A DNA stretch of 64,000 nucleotides from Callorhinchus milii (taxonomy: Eukaryota), in NCBI RefSeq assembly GCF_018977255.1, contig NW_024704755.1, positions 1,860,001 through 1,924,000 of the forward strand. The letters are read 5' to 3'. Both the position numbers and the translations under genes were made by a program. The notes beneath the pieces are model-generated. The model did not search any database. It was not told the origin of the DNA and saw nothing but the letters and a program-made list of their open reading frames with translations. Of the stretch, positions 51,750 through 64,000 are shown one piece after another; positions within the stretch are counted from its first letter, which is position 1; each line of letters starts with the position of its first letter.

Positions 51750-52579
51750 GTGGCACCAGTGTTAACGCGCTTTAGGAGACTGCATCTTGTTCCTGTGAGG
51801 TGCGGTGTACTGGGAATACCACGAGGAACAGATTGAGGACCCGGAGGAGAGCTGAGGATGCTGTTCAGGCCCCCGGTGGGATTGCGGGAGTGAATTGGAA
51901 AGAGGCAGAGATTTCAGGCGGCGGCCAGCAGGAGCTAAGGCACTGGGCGGAAAAACTCAGGAAAACTGAACACGGGAACGCAGATCCGCAGCCAATAACC
52001 CCATTTGCTGAAAATAACCCATTCGAGACGCAGGAGAAGCCACAGCTTCCAACCATGAGATGGGCTGATTTTCACAATGGGGCCAAGGATCCGTGGCCCA
52101 TGGTGTGTGGCTTTTTCTGCCTTTTCTTTTACTGTTACGCAATCCGTCAGGTTTTACCCCGGGGGGGGGAATGAAAGGGTTAAAGCACATTTTGAAAAAC
52201 GGCTGTGTAGGATGTGTAATAATGTACTCATTCCCATGTCCCCAAAGATTCTGATTCAGCTGACATTGAGTTAATAATGAGCAGCTGCACAGAGCAACAC
52301 AGGGCCCGGCTACCAATGAGAAATGGACATAAGATAGGAGACCTGGGATAACAGTTACCAAAAATACCCGATGTAGGATAATACAATAGTCAGGAAAGGT
52401 GGGGGGGGGGTTAAAAAAAAGTATCACAAAGAATGATGTTTGAAATATTTAGAAATGCTCTTGAAGTTTCTTTTTAATACCATAACATAATATGTTAATT
52501 TTATACTACAGGGAGCATCACCAAAGAGAAAGAAAAAAAATTCAAATAGGTCCACAAGACTTAAATGGGCAGATTAATC

Positions 52580-52703
52580 ACATTTGTGTCATTTTACATA
52601 AAGGAACCAAAGCAACAAATCCTTGACTGCCTGAGGTGGTTCTCCTGACGTGAAAAGCGCTGTACAAATGTGATCTGTTGGTGTTGTTGGAAGGGGCACT
52701 TAA
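52580..52703 (+). repeat. Direct repeat unit 2
   Basis: Colinear with 51621-51749; first 30 nt identical. Confidence 0.9.
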
Positions 52704-53362
52704 TACCTCGAAAGATTTGATGAGAATGAGTTAATTCCAACATATCCAACACACACCGCTAGCTAAAAGTGGCAATCATTTCCACTTAATTCTGCATAAC
52801 GGGGAAATCCCATGATACAGACTTAGTCAAAAAAGATTGTTAGTTTTAGCAAACCGGGTAGTTTAGAGTGCTTCCCCCCCCATCCCCAATGCCCCCCACC
52901 CCCCCTTGCTACCTGTGCCAAGCTGTCATCAAAAACACTACCAAGGAATCGGATAAGGGCAGCAAGGATGATTCCAGGTTTGGAGTCCCTGAAATGCAGA
53001 CGTAAGGACAACTAAATCTATTCTGGTTGAAAAAGATGATCCATGGTGCAGCTCTACCACTGGGCACTGCCTTGACTCGGTGCCTATAGCAGTGTGATGT
53101 GAGCGGGTAGACTGTAGATCTACTGCCAGCTCCGCACGTCTTTTGCTCTGGGCTCAGTCAAAGTGAGCAGAACACTCCGTCTGCACAGATGAAAAGCACT
53201 CATGAGTGTACCGTGCGATTGAAACTGACAACATATCACATGGCTCAAAACTGCATTAATGCGATCCTTTATTTGACAGAATGGTTCAAGAAAGCAATAT
53301 GTTCCACTGACTTTCTGCCTTGTCCAGCAGGTAACTTTAGCAAATATTTCAAAAACCTGATC

Positions 53363-53748
53363 GTGGAGTCCTGTAGCTCAGTGGTTAGATTCCCGGGCAG
53401 CGTGAAACGTTGGACAACTTTAATAATAATAATAATAATCCTTGCATTTGATATAGCGCTTTTCACGTCGGGAGGACGTCCCAAAAAAAAAACTTTCCTT
53501 ACTCCACACACACGCCTCTGTTTATCTAGCAGTAAGTAGGAACCCGGTTGTTAGTCGATTGGAGGATCGCTTCAAAAAAAAATAATTTGGTCACTCATTT
53601 CACGACTTTTTGTGGGACGCTGCTGTATGCAATTGGCTGCCACGTTTCGCCCACAAAGTACAGTCAATTCGCTTTACAGTACCTTCCGTAAAGCGCTTTG
53701 AGACGTCTTGAAGATGTGGTAAGGCGCCATATCAAGGATTAATATTAT
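53363..53748 (+). mobile_element. SINE A copy (tRNA head internally deleted) hosting a nested antisense B tail
   Basis: GTGGAGTCCTGTAGCTCAGTGGTTAG...TTTCCTTACTCCACAC...CCTCTGTTTATCTAGCAGTAAGTAGGAACCCGG...tail GAGACGTCTTGAAGATGTGGTAAGGCGC. Confidence 0.85.
53422..53490 (-). mobile_element. Young SINE B tail-only insertion with 6-bp TSD AACTTT
   Basis: AACTTT at 53416-53421 and 53491-53496 flanks aataataat...ccttgcatttgatatagcgcttttcacgtcgggaggacgtcccaaa. Confidence 0.85.
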
Positions 53749-54249
53749 CCCAAATTATCCCAGCCACTCGCAAGCAAGATGGTGGATGGCTTCCTCAGCT
53801 CCAGGTTTCAGGACTTATTGATGAACACAGGCAGTTAAATAAAAATCTTTTTCTGAGGAACCAGAATTAATATTCTGGAAGGCTTTAGAATCAAAGGGAA
53901 GCCTGCACAGTTCCAACATCTGCTTTTCATTCTTGTATTAGCAAATAAAGCATCAAAATATCACAATATTGTCACAGCTAGCAATGCATATACATGCAAA
54001 TATTTCCACAGCTATCACACTGTAATCGGAATACGCAAAGCCTCTAGGATGAAAAAAAAATAAGCTTGTTATTTCAAGAGGCTACCAGGGCAGGAATTAC
54101 AAAATGTGTAACTTGTGTTTAGTTCCCATGGCAATAAGTGTTCTTTCCACCGAAGAAGGGCTTGCTAACGTGAATGAGGTGCAGGGCTGTTCGTAAATTC
54201 TTCCAACAAACATTTGGTTAAAATGAGATTAAATGCCATTGTATCTCGG

Positions 54250-54382
54250 GTTTCGCCCACAAAATATACAGTCAATTCACTTAACAGTGTTCTGTGAAGT
54301 GCTTTGAGACGTCTCGAAGACGTGATAAGGCGTTGTATCAAATACAAGGTTTATTGATATTACTATGATTATTATTATTATT
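54250..54382 (+). mobile_element. SINE A 3' fragment
   Basis: GTTTCGCCCACAAAATATACAGTCAATTCACTT...GAGACGTCTCGAAGACGTGATAAGGCG. Confidence 0.85.
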
Positions 54383-54685
54383 CGAGATGAACGAATTAAG
54401 GCAATCCTGAACAATCTGAGATTTGTTGCGTTTTTTTGACTACCCCACTATTTCCTGCTAAGTAAAGATTTTCCTGGCTGAAACCTCCCTCACTGCTAAG
54501 TATAGAGTCTTTAGGATCCAAATTGCAAATCGGCTTAACAGCTCACGTGCAACAATTGCAGATCTGCTTAATCATGTGAAAGTGTGCGTGAACAGAAAGA
54601 ATTGTGAATGCTGCTAACCCAACCTGCAATTTGGGCCAATTTCATGATTTGCACTTAAAATGGAATTTTGCTAAAATAATACTAT

Positions 54686-54860
54686 TAATAATAATCCTTG
54701 CATTTGATATAGCGCCTTATCACGTCTTCAAGACGTCTCAAAGCGCTTCACAGGATAGACTGTAAAGTGAATTCATTGTATACTTTGTGGGAGAAACGCG
54801 ACAGCCAATTGCGCACAGCAATGTCACACAAACAGTGGTGGATTGAGCGACCAAATTATT
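54686..54860 (-). mobile_element. SINE A 3' half
   Basis: taataataatccttgcatttgatatagcgccttatcacgtcttcaagacgtctcaaagcgcttcac...cagccaattgcgcacagc. Confidence 0.88.
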
Positions 54861-55439
54861 ATAAGATGATAATAAGTAAAAACAAATTATTATTTATTTA
54901 TTAATTAAAATCTTCACATCATGAATTGCGTAGTCCTTAGATAGGTCAGTTTATGTCCTGCAAATTCCAATTGGAGGAATTCTTTTTGCCCCAATTAAAA
55001 TACCTTGATATCATATTCCACCACTCTGTTACAATAGTTTGCACTGGTTATGTATTTGATGCTGGATCAAAGTTAAAATAACAAAATCCTGTAAAATTGC
55101 ACAAGATTTGTTTGCTCTGATTTTAATTCACAGTCAAACAAAACTCCCATCATCTGGATATTAAAACACAGCTAAAGGGATCTGGGGAGTTTGCAACTGA
55201 CTGGTTTAAATGGCTAATGTGAATTGGATGTCTTTCTGCAGCTCCAAAGGACTCAGTGGATCTGTCAAGCTGGCAATTCATGTGGTGCGTGAACTGAATC
55301 CACGCAGATGGAAGCACAAATAGTGCAGGAGCGCATTCAGCTCAGTGTCCTGATCTAACAATACACTATATTGTGCAGTGCCCTTGTACTAACGCATTAG
55401 GCTTGAATGACAAGAACTCAAATATAAATAAATGCACGT

Positions 55440-55865
55440 AACAATTATCCTTACGTTTGATACAGAACCTATAATGTCAAAACTTCTCAAAGCGCTTCAT
55501 AAGCAATCGCTGTCAAGTGTAGTGACTTTGCAATTGCAGGCGAACGCAACAGGCAATTTGCACAGAACATAAGGTTCTGCCCAAAGGGCTGTGAAATGAA
55601 TGACAATTTATCTGTAAGATCAACTTATCCCCCTGAAACACAGGGAGAAATTCCCTTCTCTTTTCAAATAGTGTCGTGGGGATCTTTCACACCCATCTGA
55701 AGAGTCAGAACCTCGATTTAAAGTCTCACTTACAAGATGGCACCTCCAACAATGCAATGCTTCCCCAGCACTGTACTGCAACGTCAGCCTAGACTAGGGG
55801 ATGAACAGTCCTGGTCTCGCTTGAACTCAATCTTCTGACCCAGAGCTGACAGTGCTTCTGATTGA
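55440..55865 (-). mobile_element. DeuSINE-like element (family C), near full length
   Basis: ctcaaagcgcttca...gggagaaattccc...tcaaatagtgtcgtggggatcttt...cagcactgtactgcaacgtcagcctagac...cttctgacccagag. Confidence 0.75.
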
Positions 55866-56654
55866 GATGATCTTAAGTGTCTCTCTTAGTTTTTGTGCAC
55901 ACATTTTGAAATAAAAATAACAAATACACATCATTTCCACAGCACTCATCTCCTCTCTGTTGTCTCCGACTGTGGACGTTTCTGTGGTTCATGCCAATGC
56001 TGCTCAGCGGACAGCTGATAGGAGCTCAGAACTGTGAGCCTGTTTCTTCCTTCGAGAAGCCACATTGAGTCTTACCTGTAGGCGGTCCAGGCAAGAACAC
56101 AACACGGAACCTGGGGGTAGCACAATGTCACCATCGCTCATTCTGAGCTTGAGATTGATATCTCTCTCCCGTCCTGTGGTGCGGCAGATGAACGTCAGGA
56201 TACACAGATTAGCTCGGAAATTGTATTCGAACAGCACAAGAGATATCGTGGCTCAAAGTGCTAGCAACATTGTCATACAAATCCCGGTTCGCAGAACTTC
56301 TTCCAAGAGGCAAACATTTTTTTTTCCCAGCCATCAGATTATTCAGCGCCCAACAAGACAAAATGTGCATGTTTCCCACTTCTTTGCTTCAAGCTGTGGC
56401 AGTTCTGAATTAAAAACAGATGAGAACATCCACAGCAGCTTGGAAAAATAATGAATCCAGAGTATGTACACACAGCATTACACAATTATTAACACTAATT
56501 ACTTTTCACAATCCTTGAGACTAATACTTGCCAACAGAGGAGGCACATCTGTTATCATGTACTGTAATATTTCACAAGAGTATTTAGATTTGGCCACCCC
56601 AGGACCTCTCTCTCGCGGAAAGGGAAGACTGAAAGGGAACTTTATGGAGGAGTT

Positions 56655-56725
56655 GAGACTTAGAATCCTAGAAACTTACAACGCAGAAGGAGGCCATTCG
56701 GTCCATTGCGTCTGCACCAGCTCTC
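56655..56725 (-). mobile_element. CR1-type 3' end
   Basis: AGAATCCTAGAAACTTACAACGCAGAAGGAGGCCATTCGGTCCATTGCGTCTGCACCAGCTCT. Confidence 0.65.
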
Positions 56726-56987
56726 ACAGTGAGCTGTTCTTTCAATTCCATTGCCCTGTCCCTTTTTCTCCTTCAAGCCAAGCCTCTTACTTTCATAGAA
56801 TAACATCTTGAAGTGCTGTCCAAAGGTGGGGGTCAGACACCAAGCAATGGGGTGGGGGTGAGAGAGAAGATATAGGCGAGAGAGGCTTCTGAGTAAAGGC
56901 TGAATGGAGGGAAAGCAGCTCAAATTTAAGAAAGCATTTAAGAATTTTCCAAAATGATGCACGGTCTTTAAATAATCCCAGCCATTC

Positions 56988-57145
56988 ATAATAATATACT
57001 TGCATTTGATACAGCTCCTTATTACACCGTTGAGACGTCTCAAAGCGCTTCACAGAATATATTGTAAAATGAATTGACTGTATATTTTGTGGACAAAACG
57101 TGGCAGCCAACTGAGCACAGCAGCGTCCTCACAAACAGTCGTGGA
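56988..57145 (-). mobile_element. SINE A 3' half
   Basis: ttgcatttgatacagc...gagacgtctcaaagcgcttcacagaatat...ggcagccaa. Confidence 0.8.
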
Positions 57146-58849
57146 AATTAAAACCATTACTCTTAAGTTCATTACCTGCCAATTTACTGGAAGATAATAT
57201 TCTTAACAGTCAGACTATGAGAAATTCTCCCTCTTTTTCAGACATCTAATTCCTTTTTAAAATAATATTACGTACACAGACGGTTATATGTGGATAGGAA
57301 GTACACAAAAGGGTTAAATATTGTTCCGAATACCAACAAAATGCTTCCTTCACTTTGCTGCAGAATATCCATGTTAATGTTTTAACCCTTTAACCTTCAA
57401 AACCTAATTTGTCTCAAGGGCTCGGAAGGTCAGGATTAATTCAGCGCTCTAACAGGTGTCCCCTTTAAAGGCACATCTGATGAGCACAGTGCAGATACCA
57501 CAGTAATGTCACCTTAAAATAATAGCCATTCTAACTTTACTGCATTTGTACAATCCCGCAGTAAAAAAATGGATTGCCTCATTTCACGGAATTATTAACA
57601 GCAAAATGTGGTCCTTTTGTGCTGCCCTTACAACTTTACTGCTTCTGCCAGCAGATTTAATGCACAACGGTTTGTATTGAGATGTTACTGCACCCTTCCA
57701 GTCCTAATCGCCAATTATGGCTCTATTAGCCCTACTTGGCAGCTCATTTGCTCTTGCAGCAGCTGAAGGGGACTTGGAGTAGAACCTCTGGTCCTCACGT
57801 TTCTGCTTCAATGAGCACAGCACAGCTGCTGTCACCGAGAAGCAGGGACAAGGCAGGGCACTGCCTGCTTCACACAACCACGCTTGACCTTCTGACAATT
57901 TAGAGAGAGAGAGAGAAAAAAAATACCTGCCTACCAGCAGAGAGAAGCTTCCCTGAGATAGAACGCCCCAGCAAATTAAAGGCAACACAATATATCTGAG
58001 ATCTACTCACTAGACACTTCATTAAATCGCTGCTCTTTCATTCTTGTACGGCGTTAATAGAATCAGTGGCCTTGTTAGTTGGTGAGTAAAGATCAATCAC
58101 ACACAAAAGAGACACGTTCATTCTGCCGTCTTCCAGGAACTCGCAGGCGAAAAAAAAGGGAAGTCCATCATTAAGAGTCTGTGGTGACCTTAATTCAAGG
58201 TACTTAAACAACACGGATTCTCGCACAGAACTTCAACCCAAACCAAACAAAAAATGCTCAGTGGAACTTGTTAAACCTGACTGTTGCCTAATACATGTCT
58301 ACTCTGGTCAAAAGATCATAATGTGCATATGTAAAAAGCTACTGGATTGTCTAAGGGCCTGCAGTGGAATAAAATAATTGCGGTAAAATGCTGAAAGTGC
58401 TCTCTACAGAGGCTCCTCCAAATGGAACGCACTGGGATCAATGGATATGGATGTTTGGGCTCAAGTGGATTCCTGCAACATTTGCTCGTTCCTACGAAAC
58501 AACAGGAGCTGCCAGACCCCTCCACGGAGCTTCATTATTCAAATATATTTGCACGTTGCACTTTCCTGCTACAGTAAATCCCACTTAACCTCCGAGACCT
58601 CAGAAATTACCCCCTCCCCCACCCACAAAAAAAATCTTACAAAAGTTCCTGCCTTAAAACCCTGATCGTTTGGGAGAGAGTTTAAACAAAATAAGATTGG
58701 TAAATGGCAAAAAAAAGCTTGGTATAATTTCCACCCCTGGTTCACTGAATGCGTAAAACTGAACTGAACGCATAGAAGGGGTTGAGGAGGAAGTCATAGG
58801 CTTCATGAGCAAAGAGCGAGCGGTCTGTGGTCATCAAGGTAAGCTGCCG

Positions 58850-58962
58850 TGAACATGCCCTAACAGATTACGGTATGTAATTTGGGACATGACATGTTGC
58901 CAGGACGGTGGAAAGCGAACTGGATGGACCTTGGTCTTCTTTCATCGAGCAATTCTTATGCC
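58850..58962 (+). mobile_element. CR1-type 3' end
   Basis: GCGAACTGGATGGACCTTGGTCTTCTTTCATCGAGCAATTCTTATG. Confidence 0.55.
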
Positions 58963-59801
58963 CTTAAGAAGAATAGATACTATACGTATTGTGCTGCCGA
59001 TTAGAAATTGTGCACTTTAGACCCCCCCCACCGTCCCCTCAATAATATAAATGACACTAAGTTATACAGTAAACACCAGCTTCATCTCTTCTCAGTCACT
59101 TTGGTGTTAGTCCTTCTGCACAGTATTCCAGTGCTATCCTCGTTTGCTTATCAGAGCAGCACATCCAAAACAGATATAGTACAGCAAAGACCGCTGATTT
59201 CCCACTCCCTTTCTATTCTCTATGCAACTCTCTATCATCAACCAATATGCTACTTCAGATCTCCCTCAGTCCGCTCCAGAATAGATCACTTTGAACTTCT
59301 TTTTTTACTCCATGTCTCAGTTGTCTTTGTAAAATAATCAGGTTGGATCGTTGTCAGTTAAATACTTTAAATATTATCCATGTTAGTGCATCCTTGCTAT
59401 ATATATATATACATCTACACACACATATATATACATATACATTCACATATATATGACAGAGTAGATGACTGTCAATACCAACTCTCATTATTAATTTCTT
59501 CATGGGACATTAATTTGTTTGCCTTTGTAAAAAGGAAATTTTAAGACTCCTTGTTTTAGAAAAAGGCTGATCTGTGTAGCTTTTTGTCAAAAGGTATTGA
59601 AAGTAAAAGTTAGCATCTTAATACTTTTAATTAATAATTCCTATTAAGCTTGCGTTGAAACTGAGTTCCCCGGTTTACAGTACAGAGTGCACTGTGTCAC
59701 GTCATACACAGTTGTTACAGAGGTTTATGGATTTCCACGAAGACTGAGAAATAAGCCCAGATTTCATGCAGCCGAAGCCAGTGCCCTGAGAAGAGTAAAC
59801 G

Positions 59802-59927
59802 TAATAATATAATAATAATAATAATAATCCTTGCATTTGATATAGCGCTTTTCACGTCGGGAGGACATCCCAAAGCGCTTCACAGAACACACTGTAAAGT
59901 GAATTGACTGTATATTTGTGGGCGAAC
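59802..59927 (-). mobile_element. Young SINE B 3' fragment, possible TSD AACGTA
   Basis: Near-identical to the rc of 60222-60330; AACGTA on both sides. Confidence 0.9.
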
Positions 59928-60044
59928 GTAGAGACGAGAGCAGGGGAAAATACTGCATCAAAAGCACAGCAGTGATGCACTTGCCTAAAACCCAAAGCTT
60001 CCATTTCAGGATACCTGAGGCGTGTGTGGAACATTTTCCTACTA

Positions 60045-60320
60045 ACTCGCTTTACAAGCGAGACCTGAGTTCAATTCCAGGCAGAGGGCGAAACCTTGGG
60101 CAAGTTTCCTTACTCCACACAGAGCATAATAATAATCCCTCCAAAACCAAAACAATAATAAATTGGTCACTTTCAATCTATAACTGTTTGTGGGACACTG
60201 CTGTGCGCAATTGGCTGCCGCGTTCGCCCACAAATATACAGTCAATTCACTTTACAGTGTGTTCTGTGAAGCGCTTTGGGACATCCTCCCGACGTGAAAA
60301 GCGCTGTATCAAATGCAAGG

Positions 60321-60348
<28 letters not shown>
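60045..60348 (+). mobile_element. Young SINE B, truncated in the tRNA anticodon arm, 5-bp TSD TAACT
   Basis: Near-identical to 31408-31704; TAACT at 60043-60047 and 60347-60351. Confidence 0.92.
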
Positions 60349-60351
<3 letters not shown>

Positions 60352-60629
60352 GCCTTGAAATCAAACCCCGTTCCTGCACACAATGGTTTTCGTGAACAGA
60401 ATATTGCAATATTGGAACATTACAATATTCCCAATGAGAGACTGTGTGTTCGAGTACGTCCGTCTCTGGGTGGGCAAAGAGAACAAATGACACAAACGTT
60501 TCGAAAGCTAAGACTCCAGACAAAATCCAGAAACATTTACATGAATAAAAATTCTATACTGTGTGTATATAACACATATAGTGTGTGTATTGTTTGTGTA
60601 TAACCATTGAATTTGCTGTGGTGCTTAAA

Positions 60630-60805
60630 ACATTGAAACGTCTCAAAAGCATTTCACAGGGAATTGCTGTCAAGTGCAATGACTGTGTACTTGTAGGCAA
60701 ATGTGGCAGCCAATTTGTGTACATCAAGGTCCCACAACAGCCATGAGGTGAATGATCAATTTATCTGGAGGATTGTTGGCTGGAACACCAGGAGAAACTC
60801 CCTTG
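60630..60805 (-). mobile_element. DeuSINE-like 3' half
   Basis: acgtctcaaaagc...ggcagccaatttgtgtac...gttggctggaacaccaggagaaactccc. Confidence 0.7.
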
Positions 60806-60891
60806 TCACATAAATACACGTAAGCATTAAAAGAAAGGAAATGCTCGAATTGTGGAAACCTTTAGACAAAGCATTTGCTTCTACATAGTGT

Positions 60892-61030
60892 AATAATAAC
60901 AATAATAATAATCCTTGCACTTGATGTAGCTAGCGCCTTATCATGTTGAGATGTGTCAAAGCACTTCACAGGATATATCGTAAAGTGAATTGATTGTATA
61001 TTTTGTGGGCGAAACCCAGCAGCCAATTAG
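60892..61030 (-). mobile_element. SINE A 3' fragment
   Basis: aataataatccttgcacttga...ttttgtgggcgaaacccagcagccaatt. Confidence 0.8.
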
Positions 61031-62364
61031 TATAGCATAGTAGTGTAGAACAGTATTATAGTATATTGTCTAATAGTATAATATAGTAGTATAGTACAGT
61101 ATCTGGTTGGCTACCCTGTTCGAAGACAACTTCAGAGGCAAACAAACAGCCACGATATTTAAAGCACTTTCTTTCGTCCAAGGCTGCCAATTGCAGATCA
61201 GATATTCAGGTCAGTTACCCCAGAGTTCGAGAGCAACATCAAAGCGTAAAGATATAAAATGGAAATCTTATAGCAGATGGTGCGAACCTAAAACCAAAAC
61301 TGAAGCGCTGCTAATCCATGGCAGTCGACCAGGATGTGAGAGAGACAAACAAATTAAAGTTCCAGGTGGGATTCTTCAGTGAACCTCAGATGCAAATCGA
61401 CCTGCTTGAGGATTTTGTTTCATTGCGTGTTTAAACCACACATCTCTCGAGAAGTGATGGTTTCCTCCGATTCTTATACTGCGTTAAGCTTTTCTCCTGT
61501 TAACAGGCAATCAACAACACATGATGATAATCCAATGCGCTCTACACGCGACTTCAGGCCCAACCATTGTGACAGAGTCAGAGGTCAGGATCACACTCAC
61601 AAACCAGTTGATAAATTAAGACATCAACTGGCTCCATTGTTTTTTCTAGTGCTGTGTTAATTATTAACAGCGCTAATTAACACACCACCTCGCAATTTTC
61701 ACTTTGTGGCATTAAAAATAATAGATATTCCAGAACAATGGTTGTTTTTCTCACAACCCAAATGACCCAGGTCTCCAGCAGGCTGGAAGTCATTCCTAAT
61801 GAAGCACTGGTTGATTTGTAGTTGATTACATGTTTAACATCAACTGGCCAGCCAATTTACTAGCTGAACTGCTGAGAGTGAATGCAAAAATTGCCAAAGG
61901 GCAACAACGTTTAAATGAACAATTTTCTCGAGAACAATTATTGGAATTAAATCATTTATTTCACAAACTGACTGCAAAAGGAGTCTATTGAAGCACATGA
62001 TGCAGTCTCTCTTTCTCTTTCTCTCTCTCTCTCTCTCTCCCCCCAACCCCTTCCATCATGACTGTCCATACACAGCCCAATCCTGTATTCAGCCTGACCG
62101 AGCAGGGCAGAAACATTTCCCTGCAGAGCGGGAACATAAACATTGACAGAGACGAAGGCTTGCCTCCTGGCTCCTGGTTCAAGACCAGAGGTCTGAGAAC
62201 TGGTCTTATTCCCCTGCCTCACAGCGAGACGCTGGGAAAACTGATGAGGGAATGAAAATCACTTACTTTTTCACGCTCACCTTGTTAATTTTTTAAAAAA
62301 AATAATAACATTCTCAGACTGGGCCAAGTTTACATATTTCTGTTAGGCTTTGAAATGCCAGCAC

Positions 62365-62427
62365 CTTGGGACGCCCTCCCGACGTGAGAGGTGCTATAAA
62401 GTCTAAATGCAATTTTGTTGTTGTTGT
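62365..62427 (+). mobile_element. L2-type tail, (GTT)n variant
   Basis: TTGGGACGCCCTCCCGACGTGAGAGGTGCTATA...AAATGCAATTTTGTTGTTGTTG. Confidence 0.7.
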
Positions 62428-64000
62428 TTAACACGAGCCGACAAGAGAGGCAGAAGGAAATTTCAAGCTGAAGGGTTTGGTGAATCTGTGTCTGATGCTG
62501 GTTACAGAAACTACGCCTGCCATCTTACACCAAGCCCCAACTAGCCAAAAGCCAGGATAGAGAACACGAGCTATATCTTTTATACAAAAGGTAATCAAGA
62601 ACAGTAATGAGTGGTTTGGAAGGGATGAGATCAAATAAGCCAAATGGCCTTCTTCCTCAGAACATCTCTTGTGATCGTATAGATAGCTACCATTTCTGGA
62701 TTCTCTCCTGATATTCGACACACAACGTAAGCGCGATAACAGCACAAAGCTTTAAAGTTAGATGACGTTTGCAACTGAAAATTACCAAACAAATGTGAGG
62801 AGTGGGCAAGAGAAACGAAATGCCCACCTTACACAAGAGAAAGGGCATAAGGATTTCTTAAAGATGGTGCAAGATTCGGTCTAATAAAAACAGATTCTTC
62901 TTCTCTCAGAAGCAACGCCTTTGTGTGAAAATCATCAAAATGAACCACACTCGCGTTAAGACTGCTTGAAGAAGTTTTAATTAACTTTAGCTCTGCAGAA
63001 CAAATCCGCAAATTTCAGAGGCAAACGGGGTAAAATGCACAATTATGAGAAAAAAAGTACCAACAGAAAGAGGCTTGAGAGGAGGTGGTGAAATTCCCCT
63101 GTCCCTGGCTTCTAATCAAACACAGCAGGCATTCTAATAAATCACTTAGATGAATTGCTGCTTGCATTATGTGGATCATGTATGAAGTGTGACATTCTAA
63201 GCCAATTACTTCTCCCTTACTTTTGTTTAATAATTCCCTTTCTTTATTGCATCTTTACCTTCGCGTATCAGGTCATCTCCCACACAGTTACAGCTGAGAC
63301 AGACCGGACGGAACCAATACTACCTTTCGCGGTTATTGGTTGTTTTTAAACACACACACTACGACAAAGAAGAAATTAATCAATCTCTTCCTTCGGTTGG
63401 GATCCAACAGTTTGACTAGATTTCTCTTCAGCACATAAGCTGGTCCTCCACCCTGTACTGGCTGCAGTCCCAGTTCCCTGTAATTATCTGATTGATTTCC
63501 CACATTACCGTAGCCAACTGCCCACTCCATATTGCTGCAACTTTTATTTTTGTGCTACTTTTCTCCCTAACCATTTATTGCTAAAGCCAATAGATTATTT
63601 GTTTATTTTTTATAAAAAAACAGCTCTGTTTCTCGGTTGGATAACAGTTGGTGTCTCCAAAAGCACAATCATTCCGAAGATAAGGAGCGACTCAAGGTGC
63701 AAAGCAGAGTTTGGGGTCAAGTTTTCCAAAAAACACACACTCACACCTCTCAAAGGACCGAGAGAGAGCTTCACAACACAAGTCAGTCTTTGCTGAACCT
63801 TTCCACCCAGCTCGTTAATCCCATTGCAGGAGTCTCACATTGTACAGAACATAAAGCATGACGTTTGCTCTGGTGATGTTCCAATTTGCAGCATGATTTC
63901 ATTGCCCCGTGGAGATAGCAGGTTGCAAGTTCAGACCTGTGTTCCCCCACATACTGAGCTTGTGATCTCAACTGTGCCTTCACAAGGGTGGAACCAAAAA

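Noticed and set aside
56076-56173. Minus-strand exon candidate (GRERDINLKLRMSDGDIVLPPGSVLCSCLDRLQ) with a good donor CAG|GTAAGA
   Set aside because: Weak polypyrimidine tract, phase incompatible with the next candidate exon, no recognisable homology
59764-60603. ORFs ending CKDYYYY or containing QGLLLLL / IIIIILAFD (also near 35441, 39065, 53189)
   Set aside because: Translations of SINE tails and (ATT)n, not genes
421-62427. Recurring ~40-bp motif as a possible CRISPR-like array
   Set aside because: Copies are dispersed, on both strands, variably truncated and microsatellite-tailed, as expected for retroposon 3' ends; no regular spacers and no cas genes

Overview
Eukaryotic, gene-poor vertebrate DNA, not prokaryotic. 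The repeats (tRNA-headed SINEs with Deu-domain bodies and L2-type tails, CR1 3' ends of the 'GGGCTGAATGGCCTCCTCCTGTTCCTA' type) point to a cartilaginous fish, plausibly a holocephalan such as Callorhinchus (inference). Almost none of the supplied ORFs look real; most are SINE read-throughs or chance. About 40 SINE or L2-tail copies fall into an old DeuSINE-like family (C), an intermediate tRNA-SINE (A) and a young derivative (B). There are also CR1/L2 remnants, fragments of an ancient SINE and a possible hAT MITE. Between them are repeat-free blocks rich in TAAT, Pbx-Hox and Meis motifs, which look like conserved non-coding enhancers in a large intron or gene desert. A few weak exon candidates on the minus strand could form the 3' end of an unidentified gene. 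I found no convincing new protein-coding system. The most interesting signals are in retroposon biology: a young SINE subfamily carrying an internal inverted copy of its own tail, SINE/L2 inversion chimeras, nested insertions with readable TSDs, and a local direct duplication. Family names are from memory and were not checked against databases. Boundaries of degraded repeats are approximate.
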